DNA from: Sterolibacteriaceae bacterium
Lineage (GTDB): Bacteria; Pseudomonadota; Gammaproteobacteria; Burkholderiales; Rhodocyclaceae
DNA: 64,000 bases
Direction: 5' to 3'
Assembly (NCBI GenBank): GCA_025360425.1
Contig: JANYCD010000076.1
Coordinates: 17,639-81,638 of the forward strand
Shown: piece by piece, positions 49,370 to 58,787 of the stretch
How the letters are laid out: each line of letters starts with the position of its first letter
How positions within the stretch are numbered: position 1 is the stretch's first letter
Notes under the pieces: model-generated
The model's database searches: none
Told to the model about the DNA's origin: nothing
The model's input: only the letters and a program-made list of their open reading frames with translations
Made by a program: the position numbers and the translations under genes

Positions 49370-50236
49370 ATGATCTACAGCATGACCGGCTATGCCTCGG
49401 CAACCCGCAATTTGGACCATGCGGTGCTCAGCATAGAACTTAAAAGCGTGAATTCGCGTTACCTGGATCTGGTATTTCGTACCGGAGATGAGCTGCGTTT
49501 CCTTGAAATGCCTTTTCGCGAGCAAATCAACACCAAACTGCAACGCGGCAAGGTGGAGTGCCGTACCTATTTGCAGGTCCAGCCCGGCATGCGCAGCAAT
49601 CCGGCACCCAACGCCGTATTGATTGCACAGCTTGCGCAGCTCAACACTGCAGTGCGTACGACTTTGCCTGAAGCGGCCCCGTTGTCGGTGGCCGAAGTGC
49701 TGCGCTGGCCTGGTGTGCTGAGCGACGACCAGATCGATCAGCGTATTCTTCAAGGCCAGGGTGTTGCCCTGATGGAAAGCGTGTTGGCAGAGTTTCTCGC
49801 CAGCCGCGCGCGCGAGGGTGAAAAGCTGGCCGCAACCATACAGGATCGTGTATTGCGCATGCGCGAACTGGTGACGCAGGTGACGCCGCTGTTGCCCAAA
49901 GTGCTGGGTGACTATCAGGACCGGCTGGCGACGAAACTGCGTGAAGCCGTGGCCAACCTTGACGAAGAACGCATTCGTCAGGAGGCCGGGGTTTTTGCTG
50001 CCCGTATCGACGTCTCCGAGGAACTCTCTCGTTTGACGACGCATCTCACCGAGGTGGAGCGGGTGCTGAAAAAAGGGGGTGCGGTCGGCAAGCGGCTCGA
50101 TTTTCTGATGCAGGAACTCAACCGCGAGGCCAATACCCTGGCATCGAAATCGGTGGCCAGCGATATCACTGGCATTGCACTGGAAATGAAGTTGCTGATC
50201 GAGCAGATGCGGGAGCAGGTACAGAACCTGGAGTGA
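49370..50236 (+). CDS. yicC: YicC-family stress-induced protein
   Basis: 288 aa from MIYSMTGYA. KSVNSRYLD and the C-terminal EIDRLxxHL-like motif (EELSRLTTHL), QELNREANTL. Confidence 0.9.
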   Translation: MIYSMTGYASATRNLDHAVLSIELKSVNSRYLDLVFRTGDELRFLEMPFREQINTKLQRGKVECRTYLQVQPGMRSNPAPNAVLIAQLAQLNTAVRTTLPEAAPLSVAEVLRWPGVLSDDQIDQRILQGQGVALMESVLAEFLASRAREGEKLAATIQDRVLRMRELVTQVTPLLPKVLGDYQDRLATKLREAVANLDEERIRQEAGVFAARIDVSEELSRLTTHLTEVERVLKKGGAVGKRLDFLMQELNREANTLASKSVASDITGIALEMKLLIEQMREQVQNLE

Positions 50237-50242
50237 CGAGTG

Positions 50243-50860
50243 ATGAGCGCGGGATCCCTGATTATTGTTGCGGCGCCTTCGGGCGCCGGCAAGACAACAC
50301 TGGTGCGGATGCTGATGGAGCGCGATCCGCGGGTGCAGCTTTCGATTTCGTGCACGACGCGTGCGCCGCGGCCTGGCGAGCAAGACGGGCGTGAATATCA
50401 TTTCATAGATGTCGCCAGCTTTGTCGCTATGCGCGACCGTGGCGAGTTCGTCGAATGGGCTGAGGTGCACGGTAATTTTTACGCCACCTCGCGGCTGTGG
50501 CTTGAGCAACAAGTCGCGGCAGGGCAGGAGATATTGCTGGAAATCGACTGGCAAGGCGCGCAACAGGTCAAACGCTTGTTTCCCGAGGCGACGAGCATCT
50601 TTATCCTGCCTCCCTCCACTGCGGAGCTGGAGCACCGACTGCGCGGGCGTGGCCAGGACAGCGAAGAAATCATTCAGCGTCGGCTGACTGGCGCGCTGGA
50701 TGAAATGAGGCATGTGAAGGAGTTTGATTTTGTTATAATCAACAATGACTTGCAGGCCGCGTTTAATGACCTGCTGGCGGCCGTAAATTGCTCGCGGCTG
50801 CGTTTTTCACTCCAGCTGGCGCGTCATCCGGACGTGTTTCGCTTTCTCGAATCCAATTAA
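50243..50860 (+). CDS. gmk: Guanylate kinase
   Basis: 205 aa. P-loop [27 protein letters not shown]. Confidence 0.95.
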   Translation: MSAGSLIIVAAPSGAGKTTLVRMLMERDPRVQLSISCTTRAPRPGEQDGREYHFIDVASFVAMRDRGEFVEWAEVHGNFYATSRLWLEQQVAAGQEILLEIDWQGAQQVKRLFPEATSIFILPPSTAELEHRLRGRGQDSEEIIQRRLTGALDEMRHVKEFDFVIINNDLQAAFNDLLAAVNCSRLRFSLQLARHPDVFRFLESN

Positions 50861-50873
50861 CAGGACACCCACA

Positions 50874-51080
50874 ATGGCTCGCGTTACCGTTGATGATTGC
50901 CTCAAGAGAATTCCCAATCGCTTCCAGTTGACGCTGGTCGCCACCTATCGTGCCCGGCAACTGACCATGGGCAGCACGCCAATGGTGGAAGCGGGCCGCG
51001 ACAAACCGACCGTCATCGCCTTGCGCGAACTGGCCGCCGGCAAGATCGGGCTTGAGCTCCTGTACCGGAGCCAGACCTAG
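50874..51080 (+). CDS. rpoZ: DNA-directed RNA polymerase subunit omega
   Basis: 68 aa. [30 protein letters not shown]. Confidence 0.93.
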   Translation: MARVTVDDCLKRIPNRFQLTLVATYRARQLTMGSTPMVEAGRDKPTVIALRELAAGKIGLELLYRSQT

Positions 51081-51091
51081 TCTCATGTGAT

Positions 51092-53323
51092 GTGAGCGAT
51101 GGGACTGCAATGGTTGCCGTGCTCCCATCCTCCTCTGTTGCCGTCAAGTCAGCAAATTCGGCCGAAAGCGTTGCGCATACAACCCTGACCGAAGATCTGG
51201 CGCGCTTCAGCGCCAAGTTGGGCGTATACCTAAAACCAGAAGAAGTTGCCAAGATAGGCGAGGCCTATACCGTTAGCGAACAGGCGCATCGCGGGCAGTT
51301 GCGCATCAGCGGCGATCCCTATATTTCGCATCCGGTCGCAGTGGCCGAAACCCTCGCCGACTGGCACCTGGATTCACAGGCCATCATTGCGGCACTGCTG
51401 CATGATGTCATGGAGGATACCGAAGTCACCAAGCAGCAGATCGCCGATCAGTTCGGCAAGACTGCTGCGGAGCTGGTCGACGGGGTATCCAAGCTCGACA
51501 AGATCGAACACCAGTCCTTTGAGGAAGCGCAGGCAGAAAACTTCCGCAAGATGCTGTTGGCCATGGCTCGCGACGTCCGCGTCATTCTGATCAAACTGTC
51601 CGACCGCTTGCACAACATGCGCACGCTTGATGCCGTCCGGCTGGAAAAGCGTCGCCGCATTGCGCGCGAGACCCTGGAAATTTATGCGCCCATAGCCAAC
51701 CGGCTGGGCCTGAACAACCTCTACCGCGAATTGCAGGAACTGTCGTTCAAGCATCTCTACCCGCTGCGTTATCGGGTGCTGGTCAAGTCAGTCAAGGCGG
51801 CGCGCGGCAACCGTCGTCAGGTCGTCGGAAAAATTCTCGAAGCCATCAGCAAGCGGCTGCCCGACCAAGGCATCGAAGCCGAGGTGATGGGCCGTGAAAA
51901 ACACTACTACGGCATTTATCGCAAGATGCGGGAAAAGCATCTCGCCTTTTCGCAGGTTTATGACATCTATGGCTGCCGTGTCATCGTTAAGGACGTGCCG
52001 ACCTGTTATCTTTCCCTAGGTGTGTTGCACGAGCTCTACAAACCAGTACCGGGCAAGTTCAAAGACTACATCGCCATCCCCAAGGCCAATGGCTACCAGT
52101 CGCTGCATACGACCCTGATCGGCCCTTATGGCATGCCGGTCGAAGTGCAGATTCGCACGCGTGAAATGCATTTCGTGGCGGAGTCGGGTGTCGCCTCACA
52201 TTGGCTTTACAAGGACGATCAGGCCATTTCCGAATTACAGCGCAAGACCCACAAGTGGTTGCAGTCGCTGCTGGAATTGCAATCGACTTCCGGAGATTCT
52301 GCGGAGTTTCTCGAACACGTCAAGGTCGATTTGTTTCCCGGCGAAGTCTATGCCTTTACCCCGCGCGGGAAAATTTTTGCGCTGCCACGTGGCGCAACGG
52401 CAGTGGATTTTGCGTACGCGGTGCATACTGACGTTGGTGATCACTGTGTTGCCTGCCGTATCAATCTCGAACCGATGCCATTGCGCACCGAATTGAAAAA
52501 CGGCGACCGGGTCGAGATCATCACTGCGCCGCATGCCAGCCCCAATCCGGCATGGCTGACCTACATCAAGAGTGCTCGTGCCCGCGCCAAGATCCGCCAT
52601 TTTCTCAAAACCCAGCAGACCGAAGCTTCGGCGGCTATCGGTGAACGCTTGCTGGGGCAGGCATTGCGCAGTTTTGGTCTGGAGTTGTCGCATGTCGATG
52701 ACCACAAGTGGGAGCACTTCCTGCGTGTTTGCGGGATGAAGTCCAGGACCGAGTTGTACACCGACATCGGTCTCGGCAAACGTCTGGCCGCCATCGTTGC
52801 ACGACGTTTGGCCGACGGACGCGAACAAGGCGTGACCTCCGAACAGGGCAAGCCGAAGGGCGCGATCCTGATCCGCGGTACCGAAGGCATGGCGGTGCAA
52901 CTGGCGCGCTGCTGCCGGCCGATTCCAGGCGACCCCATCATCGGCACGATACGCAAGGGGCAAGGACTGGTCGTGCACACACATGACTGCCCCACCATCG
53001 CCAAGTTACGCGGCGACCGGGTGGATTGGGTGGATGTGGAATGGGAAGTTGGTATTGACCACCTGTTTGAGGTCAGCATCCGCATCCTCGCCCACAACGA
53101 ACGTGGCGTACTGGCCAAGCTGGCTTTGGCCATTGCCGAAGCTCAGTCAAACATCATCAACGTTACGCTGGACGAAGCGCCGGACACGGCGACGGCGCTT
53201 TATTTCACTGTGGAAGTGAACAACCGCGCGCATCTGGCGCGGGTCATGCGCGGCTTGCGCCACATCCCCGAAGTGATCCGCATTGCGCGGCTCAAGGATT
53301 CAAATTTGCACAGGAGCATTTGA
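51092..53323 (+). CDS. spoT: Bifunctional (p)ppGpp synthetase/hydrolase SpoT/RelA-family
   Basis: 743 aa. HD hydrolase motifs (HRGQLRISGDPYISHP, HDVMEDT), synthetase motif (GYQSLHTT), TGS and ACT regions. GTG at 51092 or ATG at 51110. Confidence 0.93.
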   Translation: MSDGTAMVAVLPSSSVAVKSANSAESVAHTTLTEDLARFSAKLGVYLKPEEVAKIGEAYTVSEQAHRGQLRISGDPYISHPVAVAETLADWHLDSQAIIAALLHDVMEDTEVTKQQIADQFGKTAAELVDGVSKLDKIEHQSFEEAQAENFRKMLLAMARDVRVILIKLSDRLHNMRTLDAVRLEKRRRIARETLEIYAPIANRLGLNNLYRELQELSFKHLYPLRYRVLVKSVKAARGNRRQVVGKILEAISKRLPDQGIEAEVMGREKHYYGIYRKMREKHLAFSQVYDIYGCRVIVKDVPTCYLSLGVLHELYKPVPGKFKDYIAIPKANGYQSLHTTLIGPYGMPVEVQIRTREMHFVAESGVASHWLYKDDQAISELQRKTHKWLQSLLELQSTSGDSAEFLEHVKVDLFPGEVYAFTPRGKIFALPRGATAVDFAYAVHTDVGDHCVACRINLEPMPLRTELKNGDRVEIITAPHASPNPAWLTYIKSARARAKIRHFLKTQQTEASAAIGERLLGQALRSFGLELSHVDDHKWEHFLRVCGMKSRTELYTDIGLGKRLAAIVARRLADGREQGVTSEQGKPKGAILIRGTEGMAVQLARCCRPIPGDPIIGTIRKGQGLVVHTHDCPTIAKLRGDRVDWVDVEWEVGIDHLFEVSIRILAHNERGVLAKLALAIAEAQSNIINVTLDEAPDTATALYFTVEVNNRAHLARVMRGLRHIPEVIRIARLKDSNLHRSI

Positions 53324-53511
53324 TGGAAAGCTACGAGTCGGAGCACACCAGATTCATTCGTGAGTGGATGGAGCGTCATCCAGAAGAAATCATCGAACAA
53401 AAGCGCGGCCGTGCTTTGTGGTGGGACAAACCGCCGCAGACGCCGGAAGTGCGCAAGGACACCATTGAGGCAGAAGTCCCGCCGAAGGCTTATTACTACG
53501 ACGTGAATTAA
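53323..53511 (+). CDS. DUF3460-like small protein
   Basis: 62 aa from the ATG at 53323 (TGATG overlap with the spoT stop; CAGGAG upstream). YESEHTRFIREWM...RGRALWWDK resembles DUF3460 from memory. Confidence 0.7.
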   Translation: MESYESEHTRFIREWMERHPEEIIEQKRGRALWWDKPPQTPEVRKDTIEAEVPPKAYYYDVN

Positions 53512-53563
53512 GTTTACTGCCCTCGCGTAGGGGTGCGATCAAGCGAGGGGCTTCAGTATTTAT

Positions 53564-55174
53564 TCAGTGAACCAGATCAAGCGCGTGATGGATGCGCACC
53601 AACACGCCGTTGTCGCGCAGTGAAAGTTTGTTGGGATAGCTGCACAATGCCGTCCACACATCACCGGTCGAATAGTCGATCGACATCACGCGTCCGTAGG
53701 ACAGATACGAGGGCATGCGGAACGTCGTAAACTTTCCGCTCTTCGGGTCCATCGCATAAATCGCGTTACCACCATTGCCTGTGATCCAGACACGGTTGGA
53801 TTTGGAATCGTAGCGCACATCGTAAGCAAAGGAGTCTGCGTCCGGGAGCGCAAACTCTTTCTGGCTGCCATCGCGCGTGTTGTAGCGCAGCAGCGTGCCG
53901 TAACCCGACAAGGGAATCCACAGGTTGTCGTCGTTGTCGATGTGCATGCGGTGCGGGCCACTGTCCGGGCGCGGCATGGCCCACTCCTTGTTCTGTCCGG
54001 TGGCGGGATCATAAAACCCCATCTTGTTGTCCGAATACTTGGTGTACCAGATCACGCCTTTTGAAGTCACGGCGATTCCGTAAGGCTTGTCGGAGTCAGG
54101 ACCCAGCAGCTGAGTCTCCTTCACCTCACCGCTCTTCGGATCGAACATCGCCGTGCGATTACCTCCCCACAAGCCAATATAAAAGCGTCCGCTCGCATCC
54201 GTCTTCACCAACCCTTCCGAATCGACGGCAAATGAATGATTCAGAGAACCAGGGCTGAATCCGTCGAAGATGCGCCACTCGCCGCTCACGGTATTAAAGC
54301 GCGCGATCTTGGCGACCAGCTGCAACGTGATCCACAGATAACCATCGCGATCGAAGGCGAGTGAGTGCATGCCGGTGCCATGAATCGGGGCCGGATAGAC
54401 TTTCTGTTCACCGGTACGGGGATTGACGGAAGTCAGTTCATCCTTGACATAATCTCCGACCCACGCCGTACCAGTTTTCGGCTCGATGACCACATCATGG
54501 GCCCAGGTGGTGACATCCCCAACCGCATATTCGGTCACACGCGCTTGCGTAGCCACATTGGCGCGTTTGGTGAAGGGATCGAAGGGGGCCGGCTTGGCAC
54601 CGAACTTCTTGTCGGCGAGCCAACTGGCCAGCTTGCCGGCATCCATTTGCACGATGACGGCATAGGCATCGGTCTGGGTACGCATCTTGTGGATAATTCC
54701 GCTCCAGGTGGCTGCATCGCGCGGGATATGGGTCAGCGCCGAACCCTGATCGTGGCAGATGGTGCAGGACGTGACGAAGGTGGCTTTCATCGGCTCGTTG
54801 GGCAGGGCGTTCAGCCACGCTGCGCCGGGTGTCGACAAGTGGATCGCATCGTCAGGTTGGAGCTTCAAATCGACAGCAACATCACGCTCGCCCAGCGCCA
54901 CATTGGCGCTGACACCGTCGTTGAATCCGATCTTGCGGGCGCGCAGGTCGTACTGCCCCGGGAACAGATCGTCGATCCGGTAGCGTCCGGTGCTATCCGT
55001 AAACACGGTAACAGCCATCTTGCGGGCGCCGTCCTGGGCGGTGACGAAAACATTGGCTGTCGGCTTGCCGACGGAGTCATGGACGACGCCGGTCAGGGTG
55101 CTCGGAAACGCCGCAGTGGCCATCGAGGCAGCGACCAGCAGCATGGAAAAACGAAGGGTTGCGCTAGCGTTCAT
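53564..55174 (-). CDS. Secreted CarboxypepD_reg-like domain + CXXCH heme-binding segment + Vgb/NHL-like beta-propeller protein
   Basis: 536 aa from the ATG at 55174 (GGAGG 6 nt upstream). Signal peptide. LTGVVHD...TDSTGRYRIDDLFPGQYDL. CTICH at 54752-54766. Repeated propeller-like blades (DGYLWITL, GVIWYTKY, DNLWIPL, NRVWITG, GDVWTAL). Confidence 0.65.
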   Translation of the reverse strand: MNASATLRFSMLLVAASMATAAFPSTLTGVVHDSVGKPTANVFVTAQDGARKMAVTVFTDSTGRYRIDDLFPGQYDLRARKIGFNDGVSANVALGERDVAVDLKLQPDDAIHLSTPGAAWLNALPNEPMKATFVTSCTICHDQGSALTHIPRDAATWSGIIHKMRTQTDAYAVIVQMDAGKLASWLADKKFGAKPAPFDPFTKRANVATQARVTEYAVGDVTTWAHDVVIEPKTGTAWVGDYVKDELTSVNPRTGEQKVYPAPIHGTGMHSLAFDRDGYLWITLQLVAKIARFNTVSGEWRIFDGFSPGSLNHSFAVDSEGLVKTDASGRFYIGLWGGNRTAMFDPKSGEVKETQLLGPDSDKPYGIAVTSKGVIWYTKYSDNKMGFYDPATGQNKEWAMPRPDSGPHRMHIDNDDNLWIPLSGYGTLLRYNTRDGSQKEFALPDADSFAYDVRYDSKSNRVWITGNGGNAIYAMDPKSGKFTTFRMPSYLSYGRVMSIDYSTGDVWTALCSYPNKLSLRDNGVLVRIHHALDLVH

Positions 55175-55278
55175 TGTTATCCTCCTGAGGGACACGTCTC
55201 TTGTCCGGGTCAGATATGCGATTTATTTGATAGAAAAACTGGCTTTGATGATTGGTTGGGGCCAAGCAACTCTACAAT

Positions 55279-55311
55279 TACCTGAGAGTATATTGTAACT
55301 ACCTGAGAGTA
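55279..55311. repeat. 12-bp direct repeat TACCTGAGAGTA x2, 21 bp centre to centre
   Basis: Copies at 55279-55290 and 55300-55311, inside the 525-bp AT-rich divergent spacer. Confidence 0.85.
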
Positions 55312-55572
55312 GATCATACAGTCACCCGACTGTTATTCGAAAGCGAGAAAGAAACATGGTTGCAAGTGATCTGCTTGAACTGCAATCATCGCGAATGAGG
55401 CTGCAATAAGGCCTTCTCCTTGCCCCAGATTGGAGTTGTCGCGAAATCTGTGGTTGGATTTGACTGGTCACGTCAGTTCCTTTATGACTGCTGATTGTGT
55501 GCTTGGAGCAGTTCTTGTATCGACAACTCATTAACTCGCAACATTGTATCGGCAGCTATATTGACAATATTT

Positions 55573-55607
55573 TTACTAACAGGTAACTTTGAAATACTGG
55601 TTAGTAA
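55573..55607. promoter_or_regulatory. Inverted repeat TTACTAAC-N19-GTTAGTAA overlapping a candidate sigma70 promoter
   Basis: TTACTAAC at 55573-55580 and GTTAGTAA at 55600-55607. TTGACA at 55561-55566 with TAACTT 17 nt downstream, about 130 nt upstream of the LLM gene. Confidence 0.4.
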
Positions 55608-55720
55608 TAAAAAAGCTGGCAAGCGAGACAGTCCTCATATTCTAATTTAGCCAATCCTGGTGCGGTTTCGGAGGAGCCCGATGCGCAAAAGGGTTACTTT
55701 CACGTCACAGGAGAAACAAG

Positions 55721-56869
55721 ATGAGATTTGGATTGTTCCAGATGCCCGAACACTATCCATGGGACAACATGCACGTTTCCTGGAAGCGGGATATGGACGA
55801 TATCGTCTTCGTCGAGAACCTTGGTTTTCATGAAGCCTGGATCGGTGAGCATCACACGGGTTATTACGAGAACGTACCCGCACCGGATATCATGATTGCA
55901 ACTGTGGCCACGATGACCAAGCGCATCCTGCTTGGCACGGGCACGATGAACCTGCCTTATCACAGCGATCCCTTCCTGCTTGCCGAGCGCATGGCATTTC
56001 TGGACAACATTATTGAAGGGCGCCTGATCTACGGGTTTGGCGGTGGTGCATTGCCTGATGACCAGAAGCTGTTCAATTTAACCAGGGAAGAGATTCGGCC
56101 CCGCATCAACGAGTCGATCGAAGTTATCCGTCAGCTCCTCACCACGCGCGAGCCCGTCACCTGGAACGGAAAATTTTCCAAGGGTGAAAACCGCAAGTTG
56201 ATGATTGGGCCTTACATGGGCAAGGCACACTTCGGCATGGCCGGTCTCACCAGTCTTGTCACTTACGACTATTGTGGCAAACATGGTTGGGATGCGCTCA
56301 GTGTTCACGTCGTTCCCCCCACCTACAAGGACAACAAAGTTGTGCCATCTTTGCGTGACCAGGGCATGGCGATGGAGAATGCGGCAAGGGCCGCGGGACG
56401 CGACCCGGTCGAGGCGCGACGCAACTGGAAGGTGGTGCGCGAGGTCTATGTGCATCCGGACGGACGCAAGGCCGCACTGGACGAAATCCGGAAGGGTGTT
56501 AACAATTCCTACTTCGGCTATACGACCAAGCTGTTCGGAGCGTTGATGAAGCAGGACAGCAACGAACCAGAGGAAAACATCGATCTCGAATACATGGCGG
56601 ACAATGTGCAGTGGATCGTCGGCAATCCTCAGGAGTGCGTTGATGCGATTCACAAGGTTTATGAGGCGGTGGGCGGCTTCGGCACATTGATGATCAACAA
56701 TCGCGACTGGGTGCAGCGTGACAAAAAGCTCCGTTCGCTTGAAATGTTCGCCCGCTACGTCATGCCGCGGGTGGAAGGTCTGGAGGTTGGAGAGCCAGAG
56801 CAGCGTTATCTGGGCCGTGATTTTCCGGCACCGTTGCCGCGCGAACACGGAGGCCCGGGTGAATCATAG
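55721..56869 (+). CDS. Luciferase-like (LLM class) flavin-dependent oxidoreductase
   Basis: 382 aa. MRFGLFQMPEH..., GFHEAWIGEHH, typical LLM TIM-barrel pattern. AGGAGA Shine-Dalgarno. Confidence 0.8.
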   Translation: MRFGLFQMPEHYPWDNMHVSWKRDMDDIVFVENLGFHEAWIGEHHTGYYENVPAPDIMIATVATMTKRILLGTGTMNLPYHSDPFLLAERMAFLDNIIEGRLIYGFGGGALPDDQKLFNLTREEIRPRINESIEVIRQLLTTREPVTWNGKFSKGENRKLMIGPYMGKAHFGMAGLTSLVTYDYCGKHGWDALSVHVVPPTYKDNKVVPSLRDQGMAMENAARAAGRDPVEARRNWKVVREVYVHPDGRKAALDEIRKGVNNSYFGYTTKLFGALMKQDSNEPEENIDLEYMADNVQWIVGNPQECVDAIHKVYEAVGGFGTLMINNRDWVQRDKKLRSLEMFARYVMPRVEGLEVGEPEQRYLGRDFPAPLPREHGGPGES

Positions 56870-56926
56870 GCGCCTTGTTGTGGTCGTCCCAAACCGTCGC
56901 ATTTACAAGATTGAAGGAGAGCTCAC

Positions 56927-57418
56927 GTGATTTTGAATATTCAACCTTCCACTTTCGGCCGAGCCGAAATATTCTCGCCGGACGTGATGGTGGAAGATGA
57001 AAAATGGTATCCGCTGGGCAAGATGGGTATGGTCCGACCGTTGTTGTTTGATGTGACCAATGGCGGTTGGATCAGCATCCTCAAGGCCGTGGGCCAAGGC
57101 ACAATCCAGCGCCACCATCACGCCTCGCCCGTTCAGGCATGGACGCTCGATGGTGCCTGGGGTTACCGGGAATACGATTGGGTCGCGCGCTCCGGCAGTT
57201 TTGTTTACGAGGCTGCCGGCGGCGTCCACACCCTTTATATCGATCCCGAGGTGGGCAAGATGACGGCGATATTCCACGTTCATGGGCCCTTGGTCTACCT
57301 CGATGAGCAAGGCAATGCGGTCGACTATGACGACGTGTTCCTGCGTCTGGATCGATATGCGAAACACTGCCGCGAGGTCGGGTTGGGGGACGATTTCGTG
57401 AAATCGATGATCCGCTGA
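56927..57418 (+). CDS. Cupin, 2,4'-dihydroxyacetophenone dioxygenase-like family
   Basis: 163 aa. GTG start with AAGGAGA upstream. Cupin metal motif region QRHHHASPVQAWTLDG...YEAAGGVHTL. Confidence 0.65.
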   Translation: MILNIQPSTFGRAEIFSPDVMVEDEKWYPLGKMGMVRPLLFDVTNGGWISILKAVGQGTIQRHHHASPVQAWTLDGAWGYREYDWVARSGSFVYEAAGGVHTLYIDPEVGKMTAIFHVHGPLVYLDEQGNAVDYDDVFLRLDRYAKHCREVGLGDDFVKSMIR

Positions 57419-57452
57419 CCGCTGTTTAAACTCTAGTTAAGGACACCGCAGC

Positions 57453-58766
57453 ATGCCGTCAAAAATTCACTTGATGCAGATGTTGATCCACACGGTCAGT
57501 ACGCATACGCTGCTTGGCTGGGCCGATCCGATGGAGCAGCAACTCGACGGTCTGCAGGATTTCTCGTATTGGCAGGAGTTGGCGCGTACGCTTGAGCGTG
57601 GTCGTTTTGACGGCGTGTTTTTCGCCGACAGTCCGGCCACACACGCGGTTTATCAAGGCAGCGTAAACGCTTCGGTGCAATATGGCGCATCCTGGCCGAA
57701 CCACGACCCCATGCCATTGGTCGCCATAATGGCTGCGGCAACCAAGCATCTTGGCATTGGGGTAACGCTATCAACCACGGGGACCACGCCTTACCTGGCG
57801 ACCCGGCGGATGTCGACACTGAACTACCTCAGTCGCGGCCGTGTGGGTTGGAATATCGTGACCGGTTTCAGCATGGCCGAGCACATGGCCAATGGTGTTG
57901 GATCGCAAATGCCGCATGACGAGCGCTACGATTTCGCCGACGAATTTATGGAAATTTGCTACAAGTTGTGGGACAGCGTGCCGCCGAAAGCGATCCTGGC
58001 AAATGCCTCGACCGGTCAGTTTGCGGACACCAGCAAGATCACACCCGTCGATTACAAGGGACGTTATCTTAGCTGCAAGGCCGTCGCCCCCGTGCTTCCT
58101 TCGCCTTATGGCCGGCCGTTGCTGATTCAGGCCGGTTCCTCGGGCCGCGGCATGAAATTCGCGATGGACCACGCCGAGATCATCTTCGCGATTCAGGGCC
58201 ATGTTGCCGGCATGAAGAAGAGCATGGAGCAATTGCGTGCCGCTGCTGCCACGCATGGCAAGAAAAGCGAAGATCTGCGAATACTCTATGGCCTGCAGCC
58301 GATCGTGCGTAGCACCGAAGCCGAAGCGCGCGCCCGTGAAGAAGAATTGAAGCAGCGGGTGCCGTTGGACGCCATTCTGGCGCGACTGTCGGGTGTGTTT
58401 GGTGTCGATCTCAGCCAGTTCGATCCAGATCGACCACTGGCGGAAATGGAAACCCAAGCCTCGCGCGGGCTGATGGCCGCCACGCTCACAGGTGCTGATG
58501 GCGGTTCGGTGACCCTGCGTCAAGCCGCCGCCCAGTGGGCGCTTTCAGTGGCGATTCCGCAGGTCGTTGGCACGCCCGAACAAGTGGCGGCCGAGATCGA
58601 GCGCGTCTGGCGCGAGACCGGGTGCTATGGCTTCAACCTGAGTCCAACCACCAACCCGGATAGCGTGGAAGATTTTGTCGACCACGTGGTACCCATCCTG
58701 CAACGTCGCGGTGTCTTTCGTACCGAGTACGAGGGCCAGAGTTTTAGAGAAAACCTGCTTGCCTGA
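57453..58766 (+). CDS. NtaA/SnaA/DszA-type FMNH2-dependent monooxygenase (LLM class)
   Basis: 437 aa. GRFDGVFFADS, WPNHDPMPLVAIMAAATKHLGIGVT, GRVGWNIVTG, all characteristic of this subfamily. Confidence 0.8.
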   Translation: MPSKIHLMQMLIHTVSTHTLLGWADPMEQQLDGLQDFSYWQELARTLERGRFDGVFFADSPATHAVYQGSVNASVQYGASWPNHDPMPLVAIMAAATKHLGIGVTLSTTGTTPYLATRRMSTLNYLSRGRVGWNIVTGFSMAEHMANGVGSQMPHDERYDFADEFMEICYKLWDSVPPKAILANASTGQFADTSKITPVDYKGRYLSCKAVAPVLPSPYGRPLLIQAGSSGRGMKFAMDHAEIIFAIQGHVAGMKKSMEQLRAAAATHGKKSEDLRILYGLQPIVRSTEAEARAREEELKQRVPLDAILARLSGVFGVDLSQFDPDRPLAEMETQASRGLMAATLTGADGGSVTLRQAAAQWALSVAIPQVVGTPEQVAAEIERVWRETGCYGFNLSPTTNPDSVEDFVDHVVPILQRRGVFRTEYEGQSFRENLLA

Positions 58767-58787
58767 TCGGCTTGCTACAACCTGACT

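Noticed and set aside
49369-49372. Head-to-head start codons sharing CATG between the kinase long ORF and yicC
   Set aside because: This is an artefact of taking the longest kinase ORF. The kinase domain is complete from the ATG at 49296, which leaves a normal 73-bp divergent promoter region.
49247-50713. 488-aa ORF on the minus strand opposite yicC and gmk
   Set aside because: The plus strand encodes full-length, motif-rich YicC and Gmk. The antisense product is Arg/His/Gln/Leu-rich low-information sequence without a ribosome-binding context. It is a typical stop-poor shadow frame of GC-rich DNA.
55503-55518. Sigma54-like element TGGAGC-N5-TTGTA
   Set aside because: The -12 GC is replaced by GT, it sits ~200 nt from the nearest start codon, and no enhancer-binding protein is encoded in the block.
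55322-55531. 69-aa minus-strand ORF in the accessory-block control region
   Set aside because: There is no ribosome-binding site, the sequence is Ser/Arg/Cys-rich with no motif, and it lies in AT-rich non-coding-looking DNA.
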